Below are positions 18,261 to 27,636 of a DNA stretch of 64,000 bases, one piece after another. The stretch is from Candidatus Eiseniibacteriota bacterium. Its GTDB lineage: Bacteria > Eisenbacteria > RBG-16-71-46 > CAIMUX01 > VGJL01. The DNA lies in assembly GCA_963792585.1 (NCBI GenBank), contig CAWBWI010000002.1, positions 192,001 through 256,000 on the forward strand. The letters are read 5' to 3'. Within the stretch, counting starts at the first letter, position 1. The number at the start of each line of letters is the position of its first letter. The notes beneath the pieces were generated by a model that was given only the letters and a program-made list of their open reading frames with translations, searched no databases and had not been told where the DNA came from. Both the position numbers and the translations under genes were made by a program.

Positions 18261-19684
18261 GGTCGGCCTCCGGTGCGGATCGGATCTCCGCCGTACCCGA
18301 GCGCGGCCCAGTCCATCCGCGAGCGCTCTCCATGACAGTCGTTGCATTCGAGGGCCCTCTCCTTGGGTGAAACCATGTGCGAGAGGGGCCAGTACATCGC
18401 CGTCTTTGCGAATCCATAGGAGCCGCTGTACTCGATGTCCGAGGCCTGAGCGCCGAGTCTCATCGACTGGTCCCAATTGAACGTCTTCCAATATCCGCCT
18501 TCGCCTCCCGTGACCGGGGGCATGAGAATCTTGTACCTGCGGTCGAATGGTTGAAGCGCGCGATGCACCTTGAATGGCCAGATCTTCGCGGCGGGATCAT
18601 GGATATCACCCCGTGGTCTGTTGATGTCCGTGACCTGGGTCGAGTCGATCGCATCTCCGAGGAGGTAGCGATCGACGCTTTGGTTGAACCACATGTACTC
18701 CGGCACGATGTCTTGACCGTATACGAACTCGCCTTTGATCTTGAGATAGTGGTGGGCATCCTCTTCGCGATCGGGATCGCCCGCCTTGCTCCAGTCCCAG
18801 AAGGTCTTCGTTGGGAGCTTTCGCGCATAGGTGGGGATGTGGCAGGTCTGACAGGCCACGGAGCCGAGGTGAGCGTTGATCCGTTCATCGGCGTGAGGGG
18901 GCTTCCGGTGGCAATCCGTGCAGCCCACGCCGTTCGCATCCTCGACGCTTACCGAGAACGCCCGGCCCGAGACGTTGTGCTTGGTGGTGCGGTGGCAATC
19001 GATGCAGAGGAATCCATGCGCCCCCATGTGGACGTCGTCCTCGGCGGAGGGATTCTCCAGGCTGCTGTCTAGATCCCCGTGCTTCACCCCCTGGCCGCCG
19101 CCGCCGTAGCTGTGGCAGACGGAGCAGTTCTCCCGCCTCGGGAATCCCACCGATCGGGCGGCCGCCAGCAGATCGGATCCCGACGTCGGTATTCCCGAGT
19201 TGCCCTTGACGTAGGCTCCGGTTCGCTCGTGGCAGACGAGGCAGTCGATGTTCTCGGCGTTGCTGAAGTCGAACGTAGGGTCCGACCAACCGTAACCGGC
19301 ATGGCACTTCGTGCACGCGGCGTAGTTGCCGGTGACGGAGATGCAGAAGTTGTTGATGAGGTTCTTCTTCCCGATTCGTATCGGCCGGTCGTGACCCGGG
19401 ATCGTGACCTCGCCTCCCAGCCACTGCCAGTGCGCTGTCTTCATGAAATCGGTCGCCTCTTCGGGGTGACACTTCAGGCATGCCCGCGTGACCTCCTGGG
19501 GTGAGGCTAACGGACCGGTGAAGTACGGCGTGTGATCGAGGTGGCTGCGCTCCGCCCCTGTGAAGGTGACCTCGGCCCGGTCGCTTTCGTGATGGGTATG
19601 GCTCCTTGCGAGATAGATCCCGAGGGTTGTCAGGGTAAGGAGGACCGCGACCACCCAGGCCTGGAGAAATCGCGCGCGCCTCAT
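18257..19684 (-). CDS. otr: Octaheme tetrathionate-reductase (OTR)-family c-type cytochrome
   Basis: 8 CxxCH; family motifs HWQW, GKKNLINNFC, CTKCHAGYGW, GGGG.GVKHGDLD, DVHM, KIWPFKVH, WPLSHMVSPKE.AL.C. Confidence 0.88.
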   Translation of the reverse strand: MRRARFLQAWVVAVLLTLTTLGIYLARSHTHHESDRAEVTFTGAERSHLDHTPYFTGPLASPQEVTRACLKCHPEEATDFMKTAHWQWLGGEVTIPGHDRPIRIGKKNLINNFCISVTGNYAACTKCHAGYGWSDPTFDFSNAENIDCLVCHERTGAYVKGNSGIPTSGSDLLAAARSVGFPRRENCSVCHSYGGGGQGVKHGDLDSSLENPSAEDDVHMGAHGFLCIDCHRTTKHNVSGRAFSVSVEDANGVGCTDCHRKPPHADERINAHLGSVACQTCHIPTYARKLPTKTFWDWSKAGDPDREEDAHHYLKIKGEFVYGQDIVPEYMWFNQSVDRYLLGDAIDSTQVTDINRPRGDIHDPAAKIWPFKVHRALQPFDRRYKILMPPVTGGEGGYWKTFNWDQSMRLGAQASDIEYSGSYGFAKTAMYWPLSHMVSPKERALECNDCHGERSRMDWAALGYGGDPIRTGGRP

Positions 19685-20118
19685 CGAGAGTTCCCGATGG
19701 TGCATTGGGCCGCGACGGAGGAGAGGGTCGTATTCTTCAGATACCGAAGCACGTCTCTCTCGAAGCCCATGATCATGCGGCCGAAGACGCACTTCTTGTC
19801 ATGTCCTCCGACACAAGTGTGACTCTGGAAGAGGCAGGGCTTGAGGACGACGGGACCTTCGATCAGCGTGTAGATCTCGAGCAGCCGGATCTGCCCGGCG
19901 CTTCTTCCGAGTGTGAACCCGCCCGTGGCGCCCCGATGGGGGGTCAAGAGACCTCCTTGGGCAAGTCGCCTGCAGACCTTGATCATGTGCGCCTCGGATG
20001 CCCGGCAGTCTCTCGCCAGACTCTTCGCACTCAACACATCTCCCCCACCCGCCGCCACGCGGGCCATCGCGTGGAGGGCGAGCGCGGCCGCTTCCGAGAA
20101 TCTGAGCAGACTCGCCAA
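19681..20118 (-). CDS. Rrf2-family transcriptional regulator with three candidate Fe-S cysteines
   Basis: FSEAAALALHAM, RGATGGFTL, I.LLEIY..IEG, C-x5-C-x7-C; TTG start after AGGAGG. Confidence 0.88.
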   Translation of the reverse strand: MASLLRFSEAAALALHAMARVAAGGGDVLSAKSLARDCRASEAHMIKVCRRLAQGGLLTPHRGATGGFTLGRSAGQIRLLEIYTLIEGPVVLKPCLFQSHTCVGGHDKKCVFGRMIMGFERDVLRYLKNTTLSSVAAQCTIGNSR

Positions 20119-20172
20119 CGGAACCTCCTGAGGTTGGGCCGGGCCGGCGCGCCGAAAGAGCGCGGCTTCGTC

Positions 20173-20213
20173 ATTCAGGTAAATAAGTACCGCTTTACCT
20201 GTATCGGCGTCAA
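20173..20213 (-). promoter_or_regulatory. Palindromic operator CAGGTAAA-N10-TTTACCTG with adjacent -35 TTGACG, putative Rrf2 site
   Basis: Perfect 8-bp inverted repeat at 20176-20201 in an AT-rich patch; minus-strand TTGACG at 20208-20213. Confidence 0.7.
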
Positions 20214-20345
20214 CGCGCGAAGTCCTTATGGATGGATTAGGGCTGCTGATCCGGGTTCTTGGGAGTAGGTCGACTCCAGCCGGGACTTACCGCTGCAAGC
20301 GCGGCACGGTGCGTTCTGGACTTCAGCTCCGCCCTGTCGGGGCGC

Positions 20346-21554
20346 TCAATCCTGTGCGAGTGCCTGCTCGAGATCCTCGAGGAGATCGTCAGGGTCTTCG
20401 ATTCCGACCGAGTAGCGGACGAGACCGTCGGTGATTCCCGCCAGCAGCCGTTCCTGGGGGGGCAGTCCTGCATGGGTCATCGAGGCAGGGTGCTCGATCA
20501 AGGTCTCCACTCCGCCCAGGGACACGGCCAGCACCGCCAGCCGGACCCTGTTCATGAGGCGCTTTCCCGCCTCCAGGCCGCCCTTGAGCTCGAAGCTGAT
20601 CATCGACCCGGGGCCCTGCATTTGACGACGCGCCAGCTCGTACTGCGGATGGGAGGGCAGACCGGCGTAGCGAACCCAGGAGACCTCCTCGCGTGATTCG
20701 ATCCAGCGCGCGATCTTGCTCGCGCTCTCCTGCGCCCGGTCGATGCGAATGGCGAGTGTCTTGAGACCTCTGTGGACCAGGAAGGCCTGATGGGGGTCCA
20801 TGTTGCAGCCGGTGATGACCATGACATCCCGCAGCCTTCGATAGATCTCCTTGTCCCGGGCGACGAGGATTCCTCCGACGACGTCCGCGTGGCCGTTGAT
20901 GAACTTGGTGACCGAGTGCAGGACGACATCGGCATTCATCGTCAGGGGCTTCTGAAGATGGGGGGACGCGAAGGTGCTGTCGACGACCAGAAGCGCGCCG
21001 GCGGCATGTGCAATCTCGGCGACGGCGCGGATATCCGTGATCTGCATCATCGGGTTGGACGGCGTCTCGACAAAGACCATCCGCGTGTTCGTCCGGAGGG
21101 CAAGGCGCAGAGCCTCGATGTCGGAGGTGTCGACGAACGATGACGACACCCCGAATCTCCCGAGATGCCGCTCCATCAGCGTACGCGAGGGTCCGTAGAC
21201 CGAAGCGGTGCTGACCACGTGCGCATCGCGCTCGAGGAGCGCAAGGCAGACGGTGGAGACGGCACCCATTCCGGAACTGGTAGCGACACCGCCGACGCCC
21301 TCCTCCAGCTCCGCAACGCAATCCTCGAGTGCGCGGATGGTGGGATTGCCGATCCGGGTGTAGATGTACCCATCCGCCTTGCCGGCGAAGCGATCCGCAC
21401 CGACCTGGGTGTTCTCAAAGGCGAAGGTCGATGTTTGGTAGATGGGTGTGACGACGCTTCCGCACGGGTCCTTCGGTGCACCCGCATGGACGAGTTTCGT
21501 ATGAAATCCGGTGACCCTGCTCTTCGTTTGGTTGGTATCCGCGGCCTGACGCAA
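20346..21554 (-). CDS. Trans-sulfuration PLP lyase (methionine gamma-lyase / cystathionine gamma-lyase family)
   Basis: PIYQTSTF, YIYTRIGNPT, SSGMGA, ETPSNP, HSVTKFINGHADV, AVSLGGVETLIEHPASMTH, RYSVGIED; TTG start after AAGGAGG. Confidence 0.88.
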   Translation of the reverse strand: MRQAADTNQTKSRVTGFHTKLVHAGAPKDPCGSVVTPIYQTSTFAFENTQVGADRFAGKADGYIYTRIGNPTIRALEDCVAELEEGVGGVATSSGMGAVSTVCLALLERDAHVVSTASVYGPSRTLMERHLGRFGVSSSFVDTSDIEALRLALRTNTRMVFVETPSNPMMQITDIRAVAEIAHAAGALLVVDSTFASPHLQKPLTMNADVVLHSVTKFINGHADVVGGILVARDKEIYRRLRDVMVITGCNMDPHQAFLVHRGLKTLAIRIDRAQESASKIARWIESREEVSWVRYAGLPSHPQYELARRQMQGPGSMISFELKGGLEAGKRLMNRVRLAVLAVSLGGVETLIEHPASMTHAGLPPQERLLAGITDGLVRYSVGIEDPDDLLEDLEQALAQD

Positions 21555-21621
21555 GCGCCCCTCCTTTGATATTGGACTCACGAATGCAGCATGGATTCCA
21601 TCGCCGGCTCCGACCACGGCC

Positions 21622-22008
21622 TCACTGCCGGTCGTGGGTGTGATGCTGACCTTGGTGATGGCCACAAGCCGTTTCCGGGGTCACCGGGCGGAGCGTTCCC
21701 GCTCTGAGTGCCGCCATGGTCTCCACGATGGTCGGCTGCTCCGAGAGAAACACCTGGATCCCGGCGCTCACCAGTTTGCTCAGGGCGCCCATGCCGATAC
21801 CCCCGACTACCATGCCGTCGAATTGCTCGCCTTGAAGAGAAGCGAGCGGGGTGCACATGCCGTGCGCGTGATGTTGGTTGTTGTTCCGAATCGCCCGAAA
21901 GTCCCCCGAGTCCGCGTCGACGATCATGAAGAGCGGCGCGGATCCGAAGTGCGCGCAGACCGGGCTATTGAGCCCTTGGTCTTCATTGACGGGAATGCAG
22001 AGTTTCAT
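21622..22008 (-). CDS. NifB/NifX-family iron-molybdenum cluster-binding protein
   Basis: MKLCIPV, HFGSAPLFMIVD, GGIGMGA...L..AGI; His/Cys-rich segments; ATGA coupling to the DUF134 gene. Confidence 0.85.
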   Translation of the reverse strand: MKLCIPVNEDQGLNSPVCAHFGSAPLFMIVDADSGDFRAIRNNNQHHAHGMCTPLASLQGEQFDGMVVGGIGMGALSKLVSAGIQVFLSEQPTIVETMAALRAGTLRPVTPETACGHHQGQHHTHDRQ

Positions 22009-22388
22009 GACTGGTTCTCCTCCGGTGGTTTCTTGCCGCGACTGCCCGCGTCGGAACGCTTGGTATCCCGATCGTGCAGCCGACAGCATCGGTGGGCTCC
22101 CATGTGGATCGGACCACCCTCGATCCGGAGAGCCTTTCCGTGGACGAGGGCGTCAGCCACTTTCCGGTGCGCCGAATCGGCGATCCGGCTGAAAGTGGGC
22201 CTGGAAATCTTCATCTTCTCGGCCGCCTGCTCCTGATAGAGCCCATCGAGATCCGCGAGCCTCAGAGCCTCGAATTCGTCGAGGGTCATCACGATCTCCT
22301 CGAGCTCCGTAACGGGAATGCCAATCGGCTTGAAGATCGAAGCGGCGGGCTTTCCGGCGATGCTCCGGTTGCAGAAGGGTCTGGCCAC
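22005..22388 (-). CDS. DUF134-family DNA-binding protein
   Basis: FKPIGIP, LDEFEALRLADLDGLYQEQAAEKMKISRPTF, KVADALV.GKALRIEGG; GTG start after GGAGG. Confidence 0.88.
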   Translation of the reverse strand: MARPFCNRSIAGKPAASIFKPIGIPVTELEEIVMTLDEFEALRLADLDGLYQEQAAEKMKISRPTFSRIADSAHRKVADALVHGKALRIEGGPIHMGAHRCCRLHDRDTKRSDAGSRGKKPPEENQS

Positions 22389-22507
22389 TCCCGCACCTCC
22401 CGATTCCATTGGGTACCCACGTGAATTGCATGACAGGACCAGGACAGCGGCTCCGATCGACTCCCGAAGCGGGAGAAAGACGTGGACAGATTCGCGTCCT
22501 CAGATCT

Positions 22508-22537
22508 ATATTACGGACATAAGTTCATAACAGTCAA
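22508..22537 (-). promoter_or_regulatory. Sigma70-type promoter (TTGACT-N18-TAATAT) overlapped by an imperfect palindrome
   Basis: -35 at 22532-22537, -10 at 22508-22513; TTACGGACATAAGTTCATAA (22511-22530) is 14/20 self-complementary. Confidence 0.65.
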
Positions 22538-22589
22538 CCTCGAAAGTGCCGCCCTTGGCGCGACCGAGGCTGCACATCGGCAGGAGCTC

Positions 22590-23030
22590 ATGGAACCCGA
22601 GCGACGTAGCGCATCCTTGATCACCGGCTACGACCACGACGAGTGCCTGGTCTGCGGGTACAGGAACCCATGGTCGTGGGGCATGCGGTACGAGCAGGAG
22701 GAGAGCGCCGCAGTCTGCGGACGCTTCCAGGGGAACGCTCGGCTGCAGGGATACCAAGGCATTCTTCATGGGGGCGTGCTCGCGGCACTCCTCGATTCCG
22801 CGATGGCGCATTGCCTGTTTCATCGTGGTGTGCAGGGGGTGACCGGCGATCTCCACGTGCGGTTCGTGCAGCCTGTCTCCTGCGAGGCAACACTCGATGT
22901 CCGAGCGCATCTCGTATCCGCGGCGGCACCGCTGTACTACCTGAAGGCCGAACTCCTCGACGACGGACGGATCATGGCCTGGGCCGAAGCCACCTTCATG
23001 GAGCGCAGCCGCGCCAACGGGAATGCCTGA
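22590..23030 (+). CDS. PaaI-family hotdog thioesterase
   Basis: CLVCG..NP, QGY.GILHGGVLAALLDSAM, TGDLHVRFVQPV; AGGAG RBS. Confidence 0.85.
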   Translation: MEPERRSASLITGYDHDECLVCGYRNPWSWGMRYEQEESAAVCGRFQGNARLQGYQGILHGGVLAALLDSAMAHCLFHRGVQGVTGDLHVRFVQPVSCEATLDVRAHLVSAAAPLYYLKAELLDDGRIMAWAEATFMERSRANGNA

Positions 23031-23640
23031 GTCCGGACCTGTCGCGGAGGGGAAGAGGAACTCCTTCCTTCGCCGAACCCAGAAGTACCTGGACCACGGT
23101 TACGATCGCCATGCGGCCGCCGCGTACGTCGCGCGGCTGACCGGCCGGGCCACAAGTCCCGCCCTGGATATCGGAACCGGAAAGGGACTTCTCGCTATCG
23201 CCCTCGCCCGGAACGGGCTCCATGTCGTGTCCGGCGACGTGAGTACGACAGACTCCGATCTTGCGGCGCTGCTGGCCGAGGAGGCCGGGGTCACAACCCG
23301 AATCAAGTTCTCTATTCTGGATGCTTCGAGTCTTCCCTTTCGTGACGGTTGCTTCGGATGTATCGCGATGATGGATGTGCTGCATCATCTCGAGGAAGGG
23401 GAGCCGGTGTTCACGGAAGTCAGGCGGACACTCCGACGAGGCGGTACCCTCGTCGTCGCCGACTTCACCCGGGAGGGATTCGACCTCATCGCCCGTGTGC
23501 ACCGCGAGGACGGTGGAGAACATCCTGTCGGCTCGGTGACCCTGGACTGGGCATCCAACCGGCTTCAAGAAGGGGGCCTCATCCGAAGGTCCGATACGAC
23601 GGCTCACCTGCAGAGGGTCATCGTGTACTTCAATCCATGA
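23023..23640 (+). CDS. Class I SAM-dependent methyltransferase
   Basis: LDIGTGKG, DASSLPFRDGCF, VLHHL, LRRGGTLVVADF; overlaps the thioesterase stop. Confidence 0.85.
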   Translation: MPESGPVAEGKRNSFLRRTQKYLDHGYDRHAAAAYVARLTGRATSPALDIGTGKGLLAIALARNGLHVVSGDVSTTDSDLAALLAEEAGVTTRIKFSILDASSLPFRDGCFGCIAMMDVLHHLEEGEPVFTEVRRTLRRGGTLVVADFTREGFDLIARVHREDGGEHPVGSVTLDWASNRLQEGGLIRRSDTTAHLQRVIVYFNP

Positions 23641-23675
23641 ATGCACCAGGCGACGCCATCCCTGGGGGGAGATCG

Positions 23676-25373
23676 ATGACGGAGATCAAGAGGATCTTGA
23701 TTGTTGGCGGCGTCGCGGGAGGCGCATCCGCCGCGACCCGTGCTCGCCGGCTGTCCGAAGCCGCCGAGATCGTGCTGTTCGAGCGGGGGCCCTATGTGTC
23801 GTTCGCCAACTGCGGGCTACCCTATCACGTCGGCGGCGCGATCCAGGATCGCAAGCGGCTCCTCGTCCAGACCCCCGAAGGTCTCTATGCCCGGTACGAC
23901 ATCGACGTGCGGGTCAACACGGAAGTGGTGTCCATCGACCGCCGGGCGCAGGAGGTCGTGGTCAGGGATCTGCGAGATGGGCGGGAGTCCCGTGAGCCGT
24001 ACGATGCTTTGGTGCTGAGCCCGGGCGCGGAGCCGATCCGCCCGCAGATTCCGGGGACCGACGACCCTTGCGTGTTCACCTTCCGCAACATGCGCGACAT
24101 GGATGCAATCGTCCATGCCCTGGACGCGGCTACGCAGCGCAAGGCCCTCATCGTCGGCGCGGGCTACATCGGGTTGGAGATGGCCGAAGCCATGCGACAC
24201 CGGGGCATGGCGGTGGTGCTCGTGGAGAAGCTGGAACACGTGATGGGGGTGGCGGACCCGGAGATGGTGGCGCCTCTGCACGCGGAGTTGTTGCGTCAGG
24301 GAGTTGAATTGCGATTGGGCGCGTCCGTCGTCGCCTTCGAACGTCAAGGCGATCATCTGGAGGCCGTGTTGTCGGGTGACCAACGCATATCCTGCGGATT
24401 GGCCTTGCTCGCCGTGGGCGTCCGGCCGGAAACGACGCTGGCGAAGGATGCGGGTCTGGAGCTAGGGGTCACCGGCGGCATCTTGGTGAATGCGCGCATG
24501 AAGACCAGTGATTCGTGCATCTGGGCGGTGGGTGATGCAATCGAGGTTCGCGACCTGGTCGCGGATCAGCCCGCGCTCATTCCGCTTGCCGGGCCGGCCA
24601 ACCGCCAGGGACGCATCGCCGCCGATAACATCCTGGGACGGGACAGCCGTTACAGGGCAACGCAGGGCACGGCGATCTGCAAGGTCTTCGACCTTGCCTT
24701 TGCCATGACGGGCTTGACGGAGTCGAGCCTGCTCCGACTCGATCGGGGCTATAGCCGGATCTACGTACATCCCGCGGACCACGCGGCCTACTACCCCGGC
24801 GCCCATCCCATCTCGATGAAGTTGCTCTTCGATCCTGCGGATGGGCGGATCTTGGGGGCGCAGGCCGTCGGGGTCTCGGGCGTCGACAAACGGATCGACG
24901 TTCTTGCCGTTGCGATTCGTGCGGAGATGACGGTCTTCGATCTCGAGGATCTCGAACTCTGCTACGCGCCCCCATTCGGCAGCGCCAAGGACGCAGTGAA
25001 CATGGCCGGCTTTGTCGCTTCCAATGTCTTGCGCGCGGACGCGGCCTTGTGGGAACCCGAGGAGCTTGATGGCTTGGGGCCGGACCGGTTGCTGCTGGAT
25101 GTACGAACCTTCCAAGAGCACGCCGACGGGACGATCCCGGGAGCCGTATGCGCGCCATTGGATGAGCTGAGGGACCGACTGGACGACCTTCCGCGCGAGA
25201 AGGAGTTGCTGGTCTTCTGCCAGGTCGGGTTGAGAGGATACGTAGCCTCGCGGCTTCTCACGCAACGCGGATTCAGGGTTCGTAACCTCTCGGGAGGGTA
25301 CAAACGTTATCAGATGTGGAAAGGGGAGATCGCTATCCCGCTCTCCGCGGAAGTCGAGATCCGGGAGGAATGA
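23676..25373 (+). CDS. CoA-disulfide reductase-rhodanese fusion (CoADR-RHD / Npsr-like persulfide reductase)
   Basis: GGVAGGASAA, SFANCGLPY redox Cys, GAGYIGLE, LAGPANRQG, LCYAPPFGSAKD; rhodanese LDVRT...FCQVGLRG...NLSGGY. Confidence 0.9.
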   Translation: MTEIKRILIVGGVAGGASAATRARRLSEAAEIVLFERGPYVSFANCGLPYHVGGAIQDRKRLLVQTPEGLYARYDIDVRVNTEVVSIDRRAQEVVVRDLRDGRESREPYDALVLSPGAEPIRPQIPGTDDPCVFTFRNMRDMDAIVHALDAATQRKALIVGAGYIGLEMAEAMRHRGMAVVLVEKLEHVMGVADPEMVAPLHAELLRQGVELRLGASVVAFERQGDHLEAVLSGDQRISCGLALLAVGVRPETTLAKDAGLELGVTGGILVNARMKTSDSCIWAVGDAIEVRDLVADQPALIPLAGPANRQGRIAADNILGRDSRYRATQGTAICKVFDLAFAMTGLTESSLLRLDRGYSRIYVHPADHAAYYPGAHPISMKLLFDPADGRILGAQAVGVSGVDKRIDVLAVAIRAEMTVFDLEDLELCYAPPFGSAKDAVNMAGFVASNVLRADAALWEPEELDGLGPDRLLLDVRTFQEHADGTIPGAVCAPLDELRDRLDDLPREKELLVFCQVGLRGYVASRLLTQRGFRVRNLSGGYKRYQMWKGEIAIPLSAEVEIREE

Positions 25374-25465
25374 GGTCCTTTCCTCGCGCGGCACCCACGC
25401 GGGGCATTCCGTCCATCATACCGTCTACGCTGTTGCAGCAAAGCGCCTGAGGGGATCGCGTCTAG

Positions 25466-27180
25466 CCCGGATTTCTCACCAAGGGGAATAGCAACGGGCG
25501 GACAGATTCGTTAAAAGGGTGTTGTCTACGCACCTACAACGAATCATGAGGTCCGCCCGATGCAGACACACTGTAACTCCGCTCAACTCGCGTTCCAACC
25601 CCTTGGTCGTCGAATCGTAGAGGCCGCTTTCGACGCGGGTCATGTGACTAGCGACGCGGGCGGCCTCCTGCTTCGAGAGATCGCTTCCACCACGCGGATG
25701 ATGGAGCGGATCGCCTCCTGCTTCACCGACGCCCGTGATCCTGCCCGGGCTGAGCATTCCCTCGACGGTCTGATTGCCCAGAGGATTTATGGCCTGGCCC
25801 TCGGCTACGAGGACCTCAACGACCACGATCAGCTCCGTCGGGATCCCCTGCTTGCCGTTCTGGTGGGCAAGACCGACCCGGATGGCCAGGATCGGGTCCG
25901 AGAGCGGGACCGGGGCTGCGCCCTGGCCGGCAAGAGCACTCTGAATCGGTTGGAGCACACTCCTCCCACCGAGCGGGATCGTTATCACCGGATCGCCTAC
26001 GACTCTGGAAAGCTCGACCGATTGCTGGTGGATCTGTTCCTGGAGTCCTACGATCACGCCCCTCGACAGATCATTCTGGATCTGGACGCTACGGATGACC
26101 CGGTGCACGGATCCCAGGAGGAGCGGTTCTTCCACGGCTACTACGGGCACTACTGCTTTCTGCCGCTCTACGCTTTCTGCGGGGAGCACCTGCTCCTGGC
26201 CCGATTGCGGCCGTCGAACATCGATGCCTCTGCGGGGACTGTCAAGGAGTTGGCGCCCATCATTCATCAGATCTGGCAGCGGTGGCCGAGAACCCAGATC
26301 GTCTTGCGTGCGGATTCAGGCTTTGCACGGGAAGAGATCATGGTTTGGTGTGAGGAACAGGGCGTCGACTACGTCTTTGGGTTGGCGAAGAACTCTCGGT
26401 TGATCCGCAAGATTGCCCGGGAGTTGAAACGGGCCCTGAAACGCTATGGCCGGACAGGAAAGCCTGCCCGATTCTTCCGGGACTTCCTTTACCGGACCCG
26501 AGAGAGCTGGAGTCGATCTCGACGGGTGGTAGGGAAAGCGGAGCATCTGGAGAAGGGGAGCAATCCGAGATTCGTGGTGACCTCTCTTGAATCGGCACCA
26601 GCCCGGGATCTCTACGAAGCCATCTACTGCGCCCGCGGCGAGATGGAGAACCGGATCAAAGAACAACAGCTGGATCTGTTTGCCGACCGGACGAGCGCGA
26701 CCAGCATGCGGTCGAATCAGTTGCGACTCTATTTCTCGAGCTTTGCCTACGTCCTGCTGCAGTACCTGCGGCGCGTCGGACTGCGGGGAACGGAACTGGC
26801 GCGAGCTCAGTGCGGGACGATCCGTCTGAAACTCCTGAAGATCGGCGCCCTCATCGCGGTGAGTGTCCGCCGGATCCGTTTCCGGATGGCCAGCGGCTAT
26901 CCACATGCCGACCTGTTCCGCCAAGTGATGGAAAACCTACGACACGATCCGAGTCCAGGCTAATCCCCGAAGGTCCCCGAACACCAAAGATCCGCGTCGA
27001 TTACGGAGACAAGGGAGGAGTCTGCCTCGGGCGGACTGGCGCACCTCCCAGGACGCCAGATTCCGGTCTCATGATCGGGAATCGAACGGCGGATGCGCGA
27101 CGAGGGGCGCGAGAGAGGATCCATCGTCCTCCGGCACGCCCCTCGATCAGCTTCTTCCTACACCTGGTGAGAAATGCGGG
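25466..27180 (+). mobile_element. Complete IS1380-family insertion sequence (1715 bp)
   Basis: 16-bp terminal inverted repeats CCCGGATTTCTCACCA / CCCGCATTTCTCACCA (1 mismatch); CTAG duplicated at 25462-25465 and 27181-27184. Confidence 0.92.
25560..26963 (+). CDS. tnp: IS1380-family DDE transposase
   Basis: TSDAGGLLL, GYEDLNDHDQLRRDP, LDLDATDDPVHGSQE, LRADSGF, YCARGEMENRIKEQQ, TIRLKLLKIGA. Confidence 0.93.
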   Translation: MQTHCNSAQLAFQPLGRRIVEAAFDAGHVTSDAGGLLLREIASTTRMMERIASCFTDARDPARAEHSLDGLIAQRIYGLALGYEDLNDHDQLRRDPLLAVLVGKTDPDGQDRVRERDRGCALAGKSTLNRLEHTPPTERDRYHRIAYDSGKLDRLLVDLFLESYDHAPRQIILDLDATDDPVHGSQEERFFHGYYGHYCFLPLYAFCGEHLLLARLRPSNIDASAGTVKELAPIIHQIWQRWPRTQIVLRADSGFAREEIMVWCEEQGVDYVFGLAKNSRLIRKIARELKRALKRYGRTGKPARFFRDFLYRTRESWSRSRRVVGKAEHLEKGSNPRFVVTSLESAPARDLYEAIYCARGEMENRIKEQQLDLFADRTSATSMRSNQLRLYFSSFAYVLLQYLRRVGLRGTELARAQCGTIRLKLLKIGALIAVSVRRIRFRMASGYPHADLFRQVMENLRHDPSPG

Positions 27181-27636
27181 CTAGCGGCTCCGGTCTCGAG
27201 ATCCGTTGCGATTGAAACGACCGATACCCGACCGGCGCCCGCTGACTTCCTTCGATTCGGTGTTTACGGAAGAGTTGGATCGACCGCGACGGCCAGGCGG
27301 CTCGCGTGTGATGGCTCCATGCGGGCGTATGAGCCGTCCGAGCGAATCGGGGAGTCGATAGGTCCGGCGGGCATTCACAGCCGGCCGCGTAGGATGGGCT
27401 TGATCCAGCCGGAAAGGAAGGCGGCGACTTGTCGTGTAAACCATCCAAGAAGCCACTTCGTGCCTGACTGGCGGTGACCTGCCGATGGGCCAGCCCTGGG
27501 GGGCGCCCCCGCACAGCCATCTGGCGCCGGACCCCCGTCCCGTGGTTTCATCTGCGGTTGCTCGGCCCGGCACGCGCCGGGCCCGACGATGGCAAGCGGC
27601 TCGCAAGATTCCACTGCAGAAAGGAGTCTCACCGAC

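Noticed and set aside
27385..27480. CCGGAAAGGAAGGCGGC segment resembling SRP RNA or a riboswitch
   Set aside because: Lacks the conserved SRP helix-8 context and flanking pairing; an Rfam cmscan would be needed.
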